A DNA stretch of 64,000 nucleotides from Lama glama (Eukaryota), in the NCBI GenBank assembly GCA_028534125.1, contig CM052816.1:8062001-8126000 (forward strand). Reading direction: 5' to 3'. The notes under the pieces are model-generated. The model made no database searches and was not told the DNA's origin. It was given only the letters and a program-made list of their open reading frames with translations. Positions 1 to 13,690 of the stretch are shown here, piece by piece. Position 1 is the stretch's first letter, and the number at the start of each line of letters is the position of its first letter. The translations under genes and the position numbers were made by a program.

Positions 1-2289
1 CAAATTCCAAGCCAGTAGAAGTCTGCCTAGTCTCTAGGGACTTGCAGGCCTGGCTTTGACCCCAAAGTATGAAAGACAGGTCAAGCAGGTCCAAAGCTCA
101 GGGCAGAAAGAGCTCTGGGCTGCTGAGACCAGAGTCCATTTCTAAGTTTTTCACATGCAGAGTTTCTCAGCTGGCCCCTAGGTCAACCCCCAGCCTATGA
201 TTTCATACTCTTAACCACATCCTCAACTTGTGACTGTAATACTGCTCTTTGCTTACCCCCTTGTGATAGGAGACTCACTCTCCATGTTTTCATACTTGCT
301 GGCTCCTCCTCCCTTCACCTGTTGATTCTCTTGCTCTGATCATAAAGACCAGGAGAATACAACCGCATGCCAAGGGTCATCCCACCCCTCAGGACTCCTT
401 TCAGCCCCTCCACTCAATGCCCCACATTTCTGAGTCCCCTCAAAGTCCAGCTAAGTAGTGGAATTTCCACTCTTGTTCCTAAAAGCTGACAGTGAACTGT
501 CAGCCCAGGAGGGCCCCCTATTCTCAGGGCCCAGGAAAAGCCTACAGACACTGCAAATCCCAGACGCAGTGCTGGAGTAGCCCTCGGAGCAGTCAGAATA
601 GTAATAATGCACAAACTTTCCTATCCTGAAAATGTCTTTCATTATCTGTTCCCATTCCATTGTTTTAAGATGTCATTTGCTAACTAGAAATTTGTTCTCC
701 ATTTTTTAAGAAATTACTCAAGACCCCCACTCAGAGCCTGATTCACAATCATGAGATAATACCCCCACCAAAAGACTGGGCCAGTACAGGGCACTAAGGC
801 AAATGAAAGTCTGGGCCACCCCACATTCACTCCTGGACTACTTACTGAGGGCCTACAGTGTGCCCTAGGCGCAGAAACCCATATACACATACATTTTCCA
901 TGAGGATTCTGCAATCAGGACAGTGGCTCACAGTCCACCCTTCATTACTGTCCTCAAGGACCCTTGGTGCTGCAGCACCTAGGTCAGCCCATTACTTTAG
1001 CAATGAGGACCCTGCAGATGAGTCAGATAAGAGGACGTCAGGAATATGAATCCCTTGGCCTTATGTCTCCCATCGCCCCAAGGGCTCCACTTCTGGTCCT
1101 ACCTCTGCCCCCTGCTGATCTGAAAGTGACCTGGTCTGAATGGAGTTGAAAGGCTCTGCGGTCCCCTGGGTGCTGGAGAGAAGCCTGTTGACAAAGTCAC
1201 CAGCTGTCCCCAGCAGGAGCCAAGGAGAGCTCCTCCCTGCACCACTCACACTGGGAGAGCACTCCTGTCGCAAACCTAGGCAGCAACAGAACTTGGACCA
1301 TCAGGGAGCTCCAGGCCCAGCAGTAACAAGAGCCAGGGCACAAGACCTCAGTCCGCACCAGTACCAGGCAGAAGGAGCATCACTTGGGGGTAACGGTCAA
1401 GGGAAGAGGGGCTGGTGTCCTCATAATTTCTATGGAAAATGATACCATGAACTCAGTCACAGCAAGATCTTATAGAGCCCTGTAGTTGAGATTCAGGCTG
1501 GGGGAGGAGAGTCAAATCCAAGCTCTACTTCTTCACACCTGTGTGACCTTTAGGATTCTGTGCCTCAGTATCCCCATCTGTAAAATGCTGCTAATAGTAA
1601 TGTGGGAGAATTAAATGAGATAATGTATGTAAAGCAATTAGCCCAGGGCCTGGCACATAGTAAACATTCAACAAATACTTGTTGAATATAAGCTTGCCAC
1701 AATTAACTAAGGTACCACAGGTTCTCGTTTCATCCATATTCTGGCAGATACTATAAATTGCCCATTTTACAGGCAAGGAAACTGAGGCTAGGAGAAGGTA
1801 AGGGCCTATCCCAAAGTTACAGAGCTGACAGACACCCAGGTCAGTCTGAACCTCAGATCAGGGACAATAATGCCCCAGGCTACTCCGAATGCTTTGGGGG
1901 CAAGAGTACAGCACCAGGGCGTGATGGTGGGGCTCTGTAACTCCTGGGTCTAGCATGGCTCCTAGCTGACCCGGGTGCCTGAATCTGGGAAAGAAGCAGG
2001 AGGCCAGTCCCCAGTTTCTCAATCTCTCCTAGGGCCCACGCGTCCACATACTCCCCCTCCTTACCCCTTCCCAAAGTGTTAAAGATCAGCGTTCAAAGCC
2101 GGGGATCGTTGCTCCGAGAACCTGAGGGAGGAGGGGAGTTAGAGACCGGGCCGATCACAGCCCAGAGAAAACCGGTCCGGCTGCCTTACCCTTCCCGCAG
2201 CGGGGACCCGGCCTCTAACCCCCTCCCTCGCCAGACAAAAGTTTCCCCTGTTCGGGAGTAGGGGAGGGGGAGGGGGCATTCCTCGTGAG

Positions 2290-3500
2290 TGACATTATCC
2301 GTGACCTACAGCTGCCGCGCTGCCCTCGCCGGCACCCCGGCCTGCCCCCGGCCCCCGCGCGGTCCCCCACCCCTTTGTCCTCCCACCCCGGTGCGCGGGG
2401 CCGGGCAGATTCTCCCGGCCCGCCCGGCGCCCGCCCGCACCAAACTTGCGCCGGCGGCCGATTGGGCCCCGTGCGGCCTGCACGCCCGGCTCGGGCCCCG
2501 CCGGCTCGGCAACAGGGGACTGGCCGGCCCCGGCCCTCCCAGCCTCTTACCTGCCGCGGCTGGAGCGCCACCCGGGGAGGGGGCGCTCCCGGCCAGCCGC
2601 CGGACGCCTGGGTCCCCCCGGGCGTGCGTGCGCCGCTGGGCACTGGCCGGGGCCGAGGTTAACCCCTTCGCGGCCGCCTCCCGCCTCTCCCACCCCCGCT
2701 CCGCGCCGCAGCCGCCGCTGCCGCCGCCCGCCCCGCCTCCCGCTCGCTCGCTCTCCTCCCCCTCCCCCTTCCCGGCGCCCAGCCCCCAGTCCCGGCCCCC
2801 GGCACTGCTCTGGGGCAGCGCGCAGCCACCCCCTATCCCGCAGCAGGCGGCGGGGGTCTCCCCGAAGGCTGGAAGTTGGGGCGCTGCGCCTTGCCCACCG
2901 CGGGCCCGCGGAGCACAGAGGGGCGAACCCGCGCGCCGAGGGGCCCCCAGCCCATCTCTCCTTACCCCCTCCTGCTCCGGCGCCTACCTCCCCGAATCGC
3001 TGCGGTGGAAGCGGGGTTCGATCTCGTGACGGAGCGTGGGTGCCGGCCGTAGATCTGCTCGGGAGGCCCAGGCGGCCGGCGGGCGTTCGGCGAGCACCCC
3101 GGGGCGGGGGCCGGGGCGGGACCAGGAGCTGCTATCGGGGCTGGATTTCTCGGCTTCCACCCGGATTCTCCCTCGGCTCTCCCGGCCGATTCGGTGCTGC
3201 TCGGCGACCACGTGACGCGGGCTGCCTTTGACCCCAGTCTCGGAGCGGGTAGGGGGCGGGGGCCGGAGGGGGGTGTCAGATGTGGGACCCACGAGGGCCC
3301 GGGGCGGCTGCCTGGAGTCCCGGAGGTGGTGACCCCGGGGAAACAAAGCCCCGGGGAGGCCAACAAGTTATTCGGGGTCAAACAGGGAACAGCGCTGGGG
3401 GTCTAAGAGGCTTCAGAGAGAACCAGGGAGACAAAGACCCGCGCCCGCCGCGCCACTGAGGTCTCTGGGAGCACCCTGGCCGGCCTGAGGGGGCCTCCTG
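2290..3500 (-). promoter_or_regulatory. CpG island promoter, probably of NDST1 (transcribed leftwards)
   Basis: Very GC- and CpG-dense stretch with several GGGCGG boxes and an E-box (CACGTGAC at 3209-3216). Minus-strand splice donors lie inside it. The NDST1 assignment comes only from the conserved order NDST1-RPS14-CD74-TCOF1; no NDST1 coding sequence is in the window. Confidence 0.75.
2551..2760 (-). other. NDST1: Putative non-coding first exon (5' UTR) of NDST1; 5' boundary approximate
   Basis: Strong minus-strand donor GCAG|GTAAGA (plus strand tcttac|ctgc, GT at 2549-2550) inside the CpG island; identity by synteny. Confidence 0.55.
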
Positions 3501-5689
3501 GCTCTACCGCCACTGGGCTTATGACAACCGTCCAGGCCTCTTCAGCGGGCTCCCCAACAGCCAAGTCTGCTGCAGTGACTCCTCCTGGGCAGGCCTTCCT
3601 GGCACCCCTCACCCCTTTGCCCTGACTCTCGAAAACCCCTTTATTTCCTTTACCGTGATTATCTGGTTCATTTACTGGTTTCATTGTTTACTAGAATGCC
3701 ATCTCCCCCAACAAGTTGTTCCCAGCTGAATCCCCAGTGCCTGGCACATAACAGGCAGATGAAGAGGTGGATGGCATTGTGCAAATCTCTCCTCCCGCTG
3801 AGCCTCAGTTTCCCACCCCCAGTGTTATTTCAACCATCTCAAGGACCCCGCGAATTAGGCAAGAGTACAGTGGTCATCCTCATTAAACAGATGAGGAAAA
3901 CGAGGCCCAGGGAGAAGAAATGATTTCTGGGAGTCTCTTAAGTGGCTGAGAGCCCCAGCCTCAGATCTGACTGTTCCAGGTGGAGCATTTTGCCATCCAT
4001 GAGCCAGCCTGTAAAATGAGGGACTGGGTCATTAGTTGATTGGTTGATTAGTGAGCCATAAGGAGCTTGCTAATGATGTAGATCACCAGGTCCCACCCCT
4101 AGAGATCCTGACTCTGGGCCTGGGGTGAGGCTGGAGCAAATTTGGAAAACAGTGGATTGTTAGTTTCCTAAGGACTTGCCTGCTCAGAAGGCCCAGGCGG
4201 CCAGCGGGGCGTGCAGCAAGCACCCCGGGGCAGAAGCTCAAGATCATCTAACGGTAGGAGCAAAGTTTAAAAAACAAACAAACAAACAAACAGTAACCAA
4301 AGCAGAGCCAAGGGGGATAGAGAAGCCAAACTTGACACATGAGGGTAGGACAGACTCATCCCAATTCCCCTAAAGGGTAACCTCCTTGTGCTAGGGAGGA
4401 AGGGGCTTCCAGGCAGCCCACTCATGTCTCAGAGGGGGACAGATGCTGAGGCCTGAGCAAGGTATGATGCCAGGGGATGGGAGCTGGCCCCAGATTCCCA
4501 GGCATGCCCATGTGACAGCTTTGGATGAAGTGTAGTCACCAGGACTGAGCCGAAGGATGGTGACCACAGGCCCAAACTACAGGCCATGTTCAAAGATAAG
4601 CTTGTGACTTCCTAATGCATACTCCAGCCAAGCCACCAGTTTGGCCAGGAAATCATCATCCACCGGCAAACTCTCCTTTATAGTCTATGTTCCTGTGATC
4701 AACAACCTAAGTCCTTGCATATTGTCTGGGTCATAGGCAGGTTAAACAAGCCCCTAGACTCTTACTCATGCTAATTGCTGCTTGGGAGACCATTTCCATT
4801 CACATGAGATCCTGTGAGCATCTTCTCTGTGCTAGGCACTGTGCTCTTGGCAACAGAGGTACAGGGTTGAAAGAGACCTAGGTCTGCACTCTCAAGAAGT
4901 CTGGGTATGTTTGGAGATGATCTGCATGTCCCTCCCTGTGTCTGGAGGCTGCCTGAATTGTGGGCCTGTTGGGGACACCCAGGGTAAGTGCTCTGGCCCA
5001 CAATAAGAGGGGAGCAGAACAAGGGAACTTCGAGAGGAGGCAGGATCTCAAGGGACAGGGCAGGATGGGGGTGGGGGGGAGGCGGTGAGGGGAAATGGAC
5101 ATTCCCAGTACAAGGAACAACCTGTTACAGCCGCATGGAAAGCATTCAGGAAAAGCTGAGTGTTGCATGGGGGAGTGGGGGTGGGGCGGGAAGGGGTGGA
5201 GGAAGCAGGAAGGAAAGAATGAGCAAGAAAACTGGAGAGGTGGGTTAGGAGCGGATTATGGGTGACCTTCTATGAGGGGCCCAATGGAAGGGACATCCGA
5301 GGGCCAGGTGGAGTGAGAAGGCTGTAAGCAGGTGAGGTAGTAAAAGCCCTGCTGTGGGAGGGTCGAGGGGAACAGAGGCCAGTCCTCCTCCCCAAGCTGA
5401 GTGAGAGCCAGCATCTCACCAATCGAGATGCAGATCCAAAGCCTTTAAGGGGCAGCTGTGAGCTGGGGTAACTCCCCATCACTGACAGCTCTTCCTGCTT
5501 TTTTCAAGTCTTCAGAGTTGCTGTTCACCAAGTTGGGTTCAAGGCCCTCCAGCTCACTGTCATCCAGAAAGCCTGTAAAATGCGAGGCCCAGGTCCTACG
5601 CAGGGAACTGGCCTCCATGGGTCTAGGTGAAGCTGAGGACCTGCATTTCTAACCGTACCCTGGGAGGTTCTGAGGAAGACTGTCAAGAT

Positions 5690-6780
5690 GCCCTGCTCCT
5701 CCATCCCCTCAGGACCCACCCACATCTCCCAGAGCTTTGTGCTGGCAACTCCCCCTGCCCACACCTCCCCCTCAGCTTGTGTCCCCCACCACTGCCCACT
5801 TGACATGCTCCTTGGCTGCCCCAAGGTTCGTTTTATCCAATTCTGTAAGTCAAAGGCTGAACTCATTATCTTCCACCCAAACCTGCTTCTCCCCCTCCTC
5901 CTGTGTGTTCAATTCATATGCCTAGCCCAGAAATCTGACACCAGCTCCTTGTCCCCACCGCATTGCATTCACAGACCAGTTCTATTGGTTCTGCCTCCAG
6001 TTTTTTCTTCTCTAACCCAATCCCATTCCTTCCTCTTCATCACTACCACCCTAGTCCAAGCCACCATCTTGTCTTTGCCTTGGCCCATGTTAACAGCCCC
6101 TTAACTGCTCTGCCTCCCTCCCACTCTGTCTCCTCTCATACAACATCAAAAAGCTTATTTCTTACTTAAAACCACCAATGGCTTCCCATTGCTCTCAAGA
6201 TAAATTCTCCACCTTTTTGTCCAGCCTATCTCTTGTCTTGAAATGGCTTGCACCACTTTCCCCTTTACCTAATTCCCCATTAAAATTGTGGATTGCCTGG
6301 GTCTGAATGCCAGTTCTGCCGCTGACAAGTTGTGTGACCGTGGATCAGTTTTTCAACCTCTCTGTGTTCATCTCTAAACTGGGATAATAATAGCCTGTAC
6401 TTCATAGAGGCATTGTGAGAATTAAATGAGTTAAACATGTAAAGCCCTCAGAGTGGCGTCTATCATATGATAAGCATTATTAAAGTGTTAGCAAAATGAT
6501 TATTTGTGATCCTTTGGGCATCAGGTTAAATTTCATTTCCTCCTCGGGCTTCCCCTGTGCCCCTGACCCAGACCACTTCCTGGTCTACATGTCACAATCT
6601 CCCTCCATCACGCTTATAGTTATTTGTCAGCTGCCTCTCTAAACTGTAAGCTGTGTGTGGACAGGACCGTATTGGTCACAGACACAACTGAGTCCCGGAG
6701 CCCCACACAGTGCCAGGCACAGGGCAGGCAACCAGTACAAATTTGCTAACTAAACATATAAAATGAAAGTCAATGGATTC
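5690..6780 (+). mobile_element. L2 LINE remnant with an internal MIR (about 6290-6490)
   Basis: L2-type motifs (ctgaactcattatcttcc, ccaccctagtccaagccaccatc, tggcttcccattgctctcaagataaa) and an L2-type 3' end (cagtgccaggcacagggc). Confidence 0.6.
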
Positions 6781-8884
6781 ATCACAAAACACAGAACACT
6801 GTCTCCCTACAAAATGCCCATCCATGGCACTTCATTCCTTTATTCATTTGACATTGATTAGTACCTCTCCTACAGTCTTCCTCACACCATCCTGGTGGGG
6901 GAGAGGGAGTAGACAGACACAGAGATGGTCAGGACAGATGTGGCCCCTGTCCTCCAGGAATGTGTAGTCTACTGCAGAGACAGACATGTAAATGTATCAG
7001 AAGATACGATGCAATGTAACCGTGCTGTGATACTGGCCTGTAACAATTCTGTTTCCCAGGAAGTCTTTGGAACATGAAAGTGAAAAGTAACTAAAAACAG
7101 ACACTGTTGTCTACTTTAGCCGGCATCCCCAGTTCCCGGCAGGGTCGTCTATAGAGTAGGAAGGGTAGGTCCTGTTCCAAACGCAGTAAGGCCACCCGCT
7201 CTTCCCCTGCCTGAAGACCTCCTATTCAGTCTTCAAGGCCCCAGGTAAGCAGCACCTCACCCGGGAAGCCTTCCTGCTCCTGCCAGGGCTCTGTATGGGA
7301 CTTGGTCATGGCTTGAGTGATTTTCTGGGACTACAGCGGAATGTGTCACAAAGAATCCAAATTCCATGTCATTTGCTTCTTTAAAAAAGTAAAAGGTGAT
7401 TCGATGAATGTGTAACTACATGTGATTTCATGTTTGGACTTCAGTGGAGGCAGAAAATAGCCTCTGTCAGACCACGTGATCTGATTTGTGGTTTGGAGAA
7501 CATGGTCACCGTAATTATAGCATTGACCACATGGTGTAACAGTTTCCTCTCCTCTCTCTCTCACGCACACACACATACACACAGAGTTCTTCAAGGACAG
7601 AGACTATCTGCTCCCTGGCAGAGCTTGATATCTGTTCAACAAATGAAGGGGGAAAGTCTGAAATGGGCAGGCAACCCATGCTTCAGACGGACAATGGATA
7701 CAGATTGTTCTGGAAAGCTACCAAAGACTGAGGCGGGGGATAAGAGCAATTAACAGCAATTACTCTCTTACTCTGGTCATGCTACCTGCTTTCCATTTAC
7801 TCTGCAGCCGAGACAGCTGCACCTCAGGGAGGTGAAGCGACTTCCCCAAGGTCACCCAGACAGGAGTGGCAGAGGAGGTTTCAAATCCAGGTCCACCCAA
7901 CTCAAAGGCTAAGTACTTGCCACGGTTTACCCCACCTCCCAGTGCCCAGGGGCAACGAGTCCACAGACTATGCAAGACCGCCGAGTTCCACGTCCCGTTC
8001 CCTCACACCCACAGGGCTCCCTCCCCACCCTTCCCCGCCATACCCCCACCTTCATCTACACTGCTGCTCTTTGAAGAGCACTTGCAGCTGCGTTCCAAAG
8101 CAGTCCCAACTCCGGGGCCAGGTTTCCTGTTTCAGGCAGATCCCAAGGATGTGTGTGTCATGCCTTCCCAGCCCATCCCTCACTCCCTGGAGCCGTCTGG
8201 GCCAAGGACTCAGCTGCACAATCCCTTTCGCACACAGCACTCTTCCTGTGTTTTATAAAGCATTTTCCCACTCTGTAAACCAATTCCTGGGGACTCCCCA
8301 GCAGTCCTGACAGGTTTTCACAGCGGAGATTTTTCACCCCCATGTGAGATGAGAAAATGGAGGTTTGGCCAACCTGTGGGAGATCCTCCCAGCCGGCCCA
8401 AGGGCAGGGCTGCAGCTAAACAAAATTTCAGACCACCCGCCCACCTTCTTCCAAGTCCCTGGAGGGTTCAACTTGACCAAGAGAACACTTGGATGGAGGG
8501 TGAAAGATCTTCAGAATCCTCACACAGAGAAGATAATGGCTTCTGCAAACAAATGCAAATCGGCTAATTTCCCTTTTTACTGGGTTCATTGTGATGCACC
8601 AGTTACAACCTGGCAAAAGAAAAACACTCACAAGCACATGCGGTCTCTAAATGACATTACAGCAATAGGCTCAAAGTCCTCTGAGGGCAAGGCAGGGTCC
8701 AGAATCCAGTCCCAGCCCGCTAATCTGGGGCAGAAGCCAAGGGCAGAGGCACAAAGGTTCTTTCCCAAACCTCCCTAGAGGGGCTCTGCCCTGCTTGTGC
8801 CTTCACCCCCAGGCCATCTCTCATCCACTCCCCCACTAACTGGCCTCCTCATTCTTCAGTTCTCTAAACTGGATCACCAGAAGC

Positions 8885-9860
8885 TAATTTTTTTTAAATT
8901 GAAGTATAGTTGATTTACAATATTGTGTTAGTTTCAGGTGTACAGCAAAGTGATTCAGTTACATATATATTTTCAGATTATATTCCACTATAAGTTATTA
9001 CAAGATATTGAATATAATTCCCTGTGCTATACAGTGAAACTGTTGTCTCTATATTTTATGTATAGTAGTTTGTATCTGTTATTCCCATATTCTGAATGTG
9101 TACCTCCCTCCAGCCTTCTCTCCTTTGGTAACCATGAGTTTGTTTTCTACGCCTGTGAGTCTGTTTCTGTTTTGTACATAGATTCATCTGTATTACTTTT
9201 TTTAGATTCCACATATAAGTGGTATCATATAGCATTTGTCTTTCTTTGTCTGACTTAATGTCATTAAGTGTAATATTTTCTAGGTCCATCCATGTTGCTG
9301 CAAATGGCAATATTTCATTCTTTTTTATGGCTGAGTAATATTCCATTGTACACATAAACCACATCTTTATCCATTCATCTGCTGAAGGACACTTAAATTG
9401 CTTCCATGGCTTGGCTATTGTAAATAGTGATGCTATGAACATTGGAGTGTATATTATCTTTTTGAATTACAGTTTTCATTTTTTCCAGATACATACCAGG
9501 AGTGAGTTTGCTGGATCATATGGTAGCTCTATTTTTAGTTTTTTAAGGAACCTCTATACTGTTTTCTATAGTGACTGCACCAAGTTACATTCCCACCAAC
9601 AGTGTCCAAAGGTTCCCTTTTCTGTACACGCTCTCTAGCATTTATAATATTTGCAGATTTTTTGATGATGGCCATTCTGACTGGAGTGAGGTGATACTTC
9701 ATCGTGGTTTTGATTTGATTTCTCTAATAACTGGCAATGTTGAGCATCTTTTCATGTGTCCGTTGGCCACCCATATGTCTTCGCTGGAGAGATGTCTATT
9801 TAGGTCTTCTGCTCATTTTTTAATTGGGTTGTTTGTTTTTTCCATATTGAGTTGTATGAA
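8885..9860 (-). mobile_element. 5'-truncated L1 (ORF2 C-terminus plus 3' UTR)
   Basis: ORF 9056-9442 (-) reads [28 protein letters not shown]...[23 protein letters not shown], the L1 ORF2 C-terminus; a T-rich tail lies at about 8888. Confidence 0.95.
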
Positions 9861-10127
9861 CTTGGAGCTAAATACTTTTAACGTCACTTGGAACAAAACA
9901 TTACATTCATCAAAGAGGGGAGGGGACTTCTCAAGATTTCCATCAATTATTCCAGTTTATTCTCACCACTCCCATGGGTATTGGGTGGGCGTCACAACTC
10001 CCACTTCCTAGTTAAAGAAACTGAGGCTCAGAATCCCAGTGCCCCCACCAAGTGAAGCAGACAGGATGGGCTTGGTCACCCGGTCTGGAAGTTGCTGTCC
10101 AGTCTTCCTGGGTCCCCACACTCCTTA

Positions 10128-10150
10128 CACACACACACACACACACACAC
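10128..10150. repeat. (CA)n microsatellite
   Basis: Direct CA repeat. Confidence 0.9.
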
Positions 10151-12164
10151 AAACTGGGCCCACCTTGATTGTTTGCATGCTCCTCCAGGGCTACCTTGTT
10201 GTCTTAGTTTATGATTCCTGAACTAATACAATCTGCCTCCTTGCCGAAATGGAGAAACTGAGGCCCAGAGAGGATCAGGGGCCTGCCCCATCTCCAGTGA
10301 CATAGCAAACCTGCAAAGGCCCCTGCCCGTGAACCTTTCCCCATTGCCCAGCTTCGTGCGCATCAGAAGCTGAGAAGGAGGTGGCACCATCAAGGCAAGA
10401 ACTCCCAAGGTCAAGTCTAGACACCATTCCTGGGCCCTTGGAGACAGGCCAGCATGTAGTGGGTAAGAGGGGAGTGCTGACCCCGGTGGAAAGTTGGCTC
10501 TGAAACTGGCATGGTGGTCAGACTCTTGTCTAGGGTTATTTGCTCCAACAGGCATGGAAATTCTTTTCATTCCAAGGCCCACTCTTCACACAGAGCCGTC
10601 TGGGCTGAGTCTGTCCTGAGATGGAGCTGGGGTTGGGGGAGGGAAGCAGGAGGGAAATTGCAAGAATAACCCCCACCCTGCATTCACAAACAACATGGTC
10701 ACACTCATTCACTCATACGCTGCACAAACCACTCACCCCACCCACCTCCCTTCCCCCAATACTGCCCTCCATCCGTGCTTAAGAGCTTTGCAGTTGGACT
10801 ATCCTGTGTCGAAATCCAAGGTCAGCCCTCACTTACTGTCACTTAATTTGGCTTCAACTGTTTACTTGTAGAATGGGGATAATAGTAGTTACATCATAGG
10901 GTTATTGAGGAGATTAAATGAAATATTAAGAAGCCACTTAGCACCGTGCCTGGCATAGCTGTAGTTGTTACTGCTACTTTACCCAACACTTCCCTACAGC
11001 TCATTGGGGTTCCCCTCTATTGTACATACACATCCCTCCCTGGAGGCTAACTCCCAGGCTGCCCTCAGCCAGCTGACCCACCCTCCAGGCCCTACCACCC
11101 TCTGATCCCTCTACTCCAGGAAGCCTGGGACCCTCCAGGCCTGGGTACAGGCCATGTGTGCACAGCATCCCTTCGGACCAGAATATCCTCACCTCCACTT
11201 CTTTGTGACTCTAACCAGCACCCCCTTCCCTTCAATTCCAGCTCTAGTCTGACCTCCTCCAGGACACCTTCCCCGAGTGACCTCTGATCTTCCTCTTCTG
11301 AATTGCTGAGGCTCCCTGAGTGAGTCATTGCTATTTAGGACTTACTGCCTTGGGACACTTGACTCTGTTAGTGGGAAAGCCTCTTCCTTCTTCCTCCCCA
11401 CAGTCTCTTAAAACTGAAAGAAGCATTTTCCAGGCAGATATGAGGCACCCTAAATCAACCTCCTGATTCCTGTGTCGCCCCACATCCTAGCACCTGTAGT
11501 CACCCATCACATATCTTCCCGGAGCTGAGAGCAGGGCAAGGCCTAGAGCCCATAAGGTACAGGCCAGTTACCCAGATAGGCAAACAGAACACAAATTTGG
11601 AGAGGCTGGGGGACCCTCACTCCATCACTGGGGTCCCAGCAACAGTTCTGCTGAGGGACGGGGAAGCAGAGAAGTTCATCTGGAGCTGAGGGTCCCTGCT
11701 GGGAGGGTTCCTGAAGCTCCCCTGTAGGAACAGGTATCAAGGTAGGCCCTGCAACCAGGAGGGGACGGCAGGACAGGATCCAGACTGCACATCTGTCATG
11801 GGGAGAAGTATGCAGACCTGTCCTGGGAAGCCCCAGAAGGTGCTCTGGGTACCAACCATGAGGGTGGAAGTAGCTGCAGGAAGATTTCTCCCCTGACCCC
11901 GACACCCAGGGACTCTAATCATCCCCAAAGCCCAGCAGCCTCGGTGGCAGTGCGTTCTGCACGGGGGGAAGGGGAGGGGTGGGCGGAGGCTGGTCAGTGC
12001 TGGTCAGGAAGGGCTAGAGGATCCCTGCATTGCGGGGAGAAGGACTAGGATTCTTAGGTTCTTCTCAGCTCTGAGAGTTAGTGTCTAAGACTCACAGTCA
12101 ACTAAAGATATAAAGATCTGGAAATCTCACTCTAACATTCTGTCTCTTTAAAATTCTGAAACAA

Positions 12165-12455
12165 TGCACATGAAATTTCAAATTTTCTAGTAGCCACATT
12201 TAAAAAGTAAAAAGAAACAACAATGTATTTTAGCAATACATTGTATTTAACCCAGTATACCCAAAATGTTATCATTTTGACATGTATTTAATATAAATAA
12301 ATTATTAATGAGATGTTTAAAATTCTTTTTTCTGTACAAAGTCTTCGAAATCAGCTGTGTATTTTACACACACAGCTCCTCTCAATTCAGACTCATCACA
12401 TTTCAAGGGCTCAATAACCACACGTGGCCAGTGGCTACAGTGTTGGACAGCACAG
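12165..12455. mobile_element. MER33-like hAT-Charlie DNA transposon remnant
   Basis: aattttctagtagccacatt...aaaagtaaaaagaaac and a terminal cacgtggccagtggctacagtgttggacagcacag. A second fragment lies at about 40040-40172. Confidence 0.75.
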
Positions 12456-13590
12456 TTCAGAAACCTAAAATCTATGACTCACTTTTCTAAAATTCTGGGA
12501 TGCTGTGCATCTGAGATTCTAGAATTCTGCAGTGTACTAAGGTTCTGTAATGCTCCAACTGTGATTCCACCAGATTAGAATGTTGCCCCAACTCTGCCTG
12601 TGGATAAGGCTTCTCCCCATAGGTCTTTTGTGTGGAAAGAAATCCAGGCCCCTGCAGAGCCCCTGGGTGGGGTGGGGGGAGGGGGAGCCAGGAGCCCTCC
12701 CCTCAGCTGCCCCCACTATCTAGCCCAGCAGGTGGAAGAGGGGGTCGGCACACCCGTGAGCCCAGGGTGCTGCCTCTCCATGTGGAGCTGCCTCACCCGC
12801 CATCCCTCCAGCCCATTGCTCCATCCAAGCGCAGAAGCCTGGAAGTGAGACTCCAGCCTTTGAGTCCTCCTGGGGAGGGGGCGTGCCCTTGCCTCCCACC
12901 CTTGGTTTCTGTCCACTTCAGAGAGCATGTGGGAGCTGCTGCAGCAGATGGAGCTGGGGAGTGTGGTTCAGACCCCAGATGGAAGCCCCTGAGGGTGGAA
13001 CTGGTCTCCATCTGCTCTAAGCTAGGGCCTGGAGGTCTGAGGAGGGCAGAAGTCAGAAACCCAACACTGAACCTCAGAAGGCTCTCTCTTAGTCCTGTAA
13101 TGTATGCCTTGAACAATGCAGATGGGGAAACTGAGGCCCAGGAGCAGAAGGGATTTCCCAATCCAGCCAGGCATAAGGCGAGTGTTGTGCTCTGCCAGAA
13201 GGATGTCTCTTGGTTAGCCACAGGTCTCCTCTTCCTATTTTCAAACTCACTGTCCCATCTCTGCCTGTGGGGAAAGTCAAGGCACAAATTTGGCATGGCA
13301 GGGTGTCCGGGAGGCTGCTGGATACAAGGGGTTGTATCCAAGTGGGTGACTTCTTGGCTTTGAGATGCCTATGCCAAGCCCAGAGACATCCTGGTTCTAA
13401 CCAGACTCTTACCCAGGCTCCTCCTGCTCCAGGCCCACGGGCCCTTCAGAAGGTCTGGAGGATGGGAACTTGGGGCACAGGCAGAAGTTTGGGGGAGGCA
13501 GAAGCTGGAGCTGGGTGGAGAGGGTCTCAGTCGACAGTGATCAGCTTCTGCATCCAGTCATTCATTTTTGTTCTCCATTTCAAAGTCCTT

Positions 13591-13690
13591 GAGGGAAGTG
13601 GGTATAGCTCAGTGGTAGAGCACAAGCTTAGCATGCACCATGTCCTGGGTTCATTCTTCAGTACCTCCATTAAAAAAAAAAACTTAAAAA
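13591..13690 (+). mobile_element. tRNA-derived SINE (camelid Vic-1-like)
   Basis: A box tagctcagtggtag, B-box-like gggttcattc, A tail, and TSD aaagtcctt (13582-13590) / aaagtcatt (13691-13699). Confidence 0.85.

Noticed and set aside
2215..3406. Long overlapping ORFs (up to 261 aa) on both strands
   Set aside because: Pro/Arg/Gly/Ala-rich translations of a CpG island that lacks stop codons; mostly non-ATG starts; no recognisable domain.
13591..13670. tRNA-like sequence
   Set aside because: Degenerate cloverleaf with an A tail and TSD, plus two related copies at 46.3 and 47.0 kb: a SINE, not a tRNA gene.
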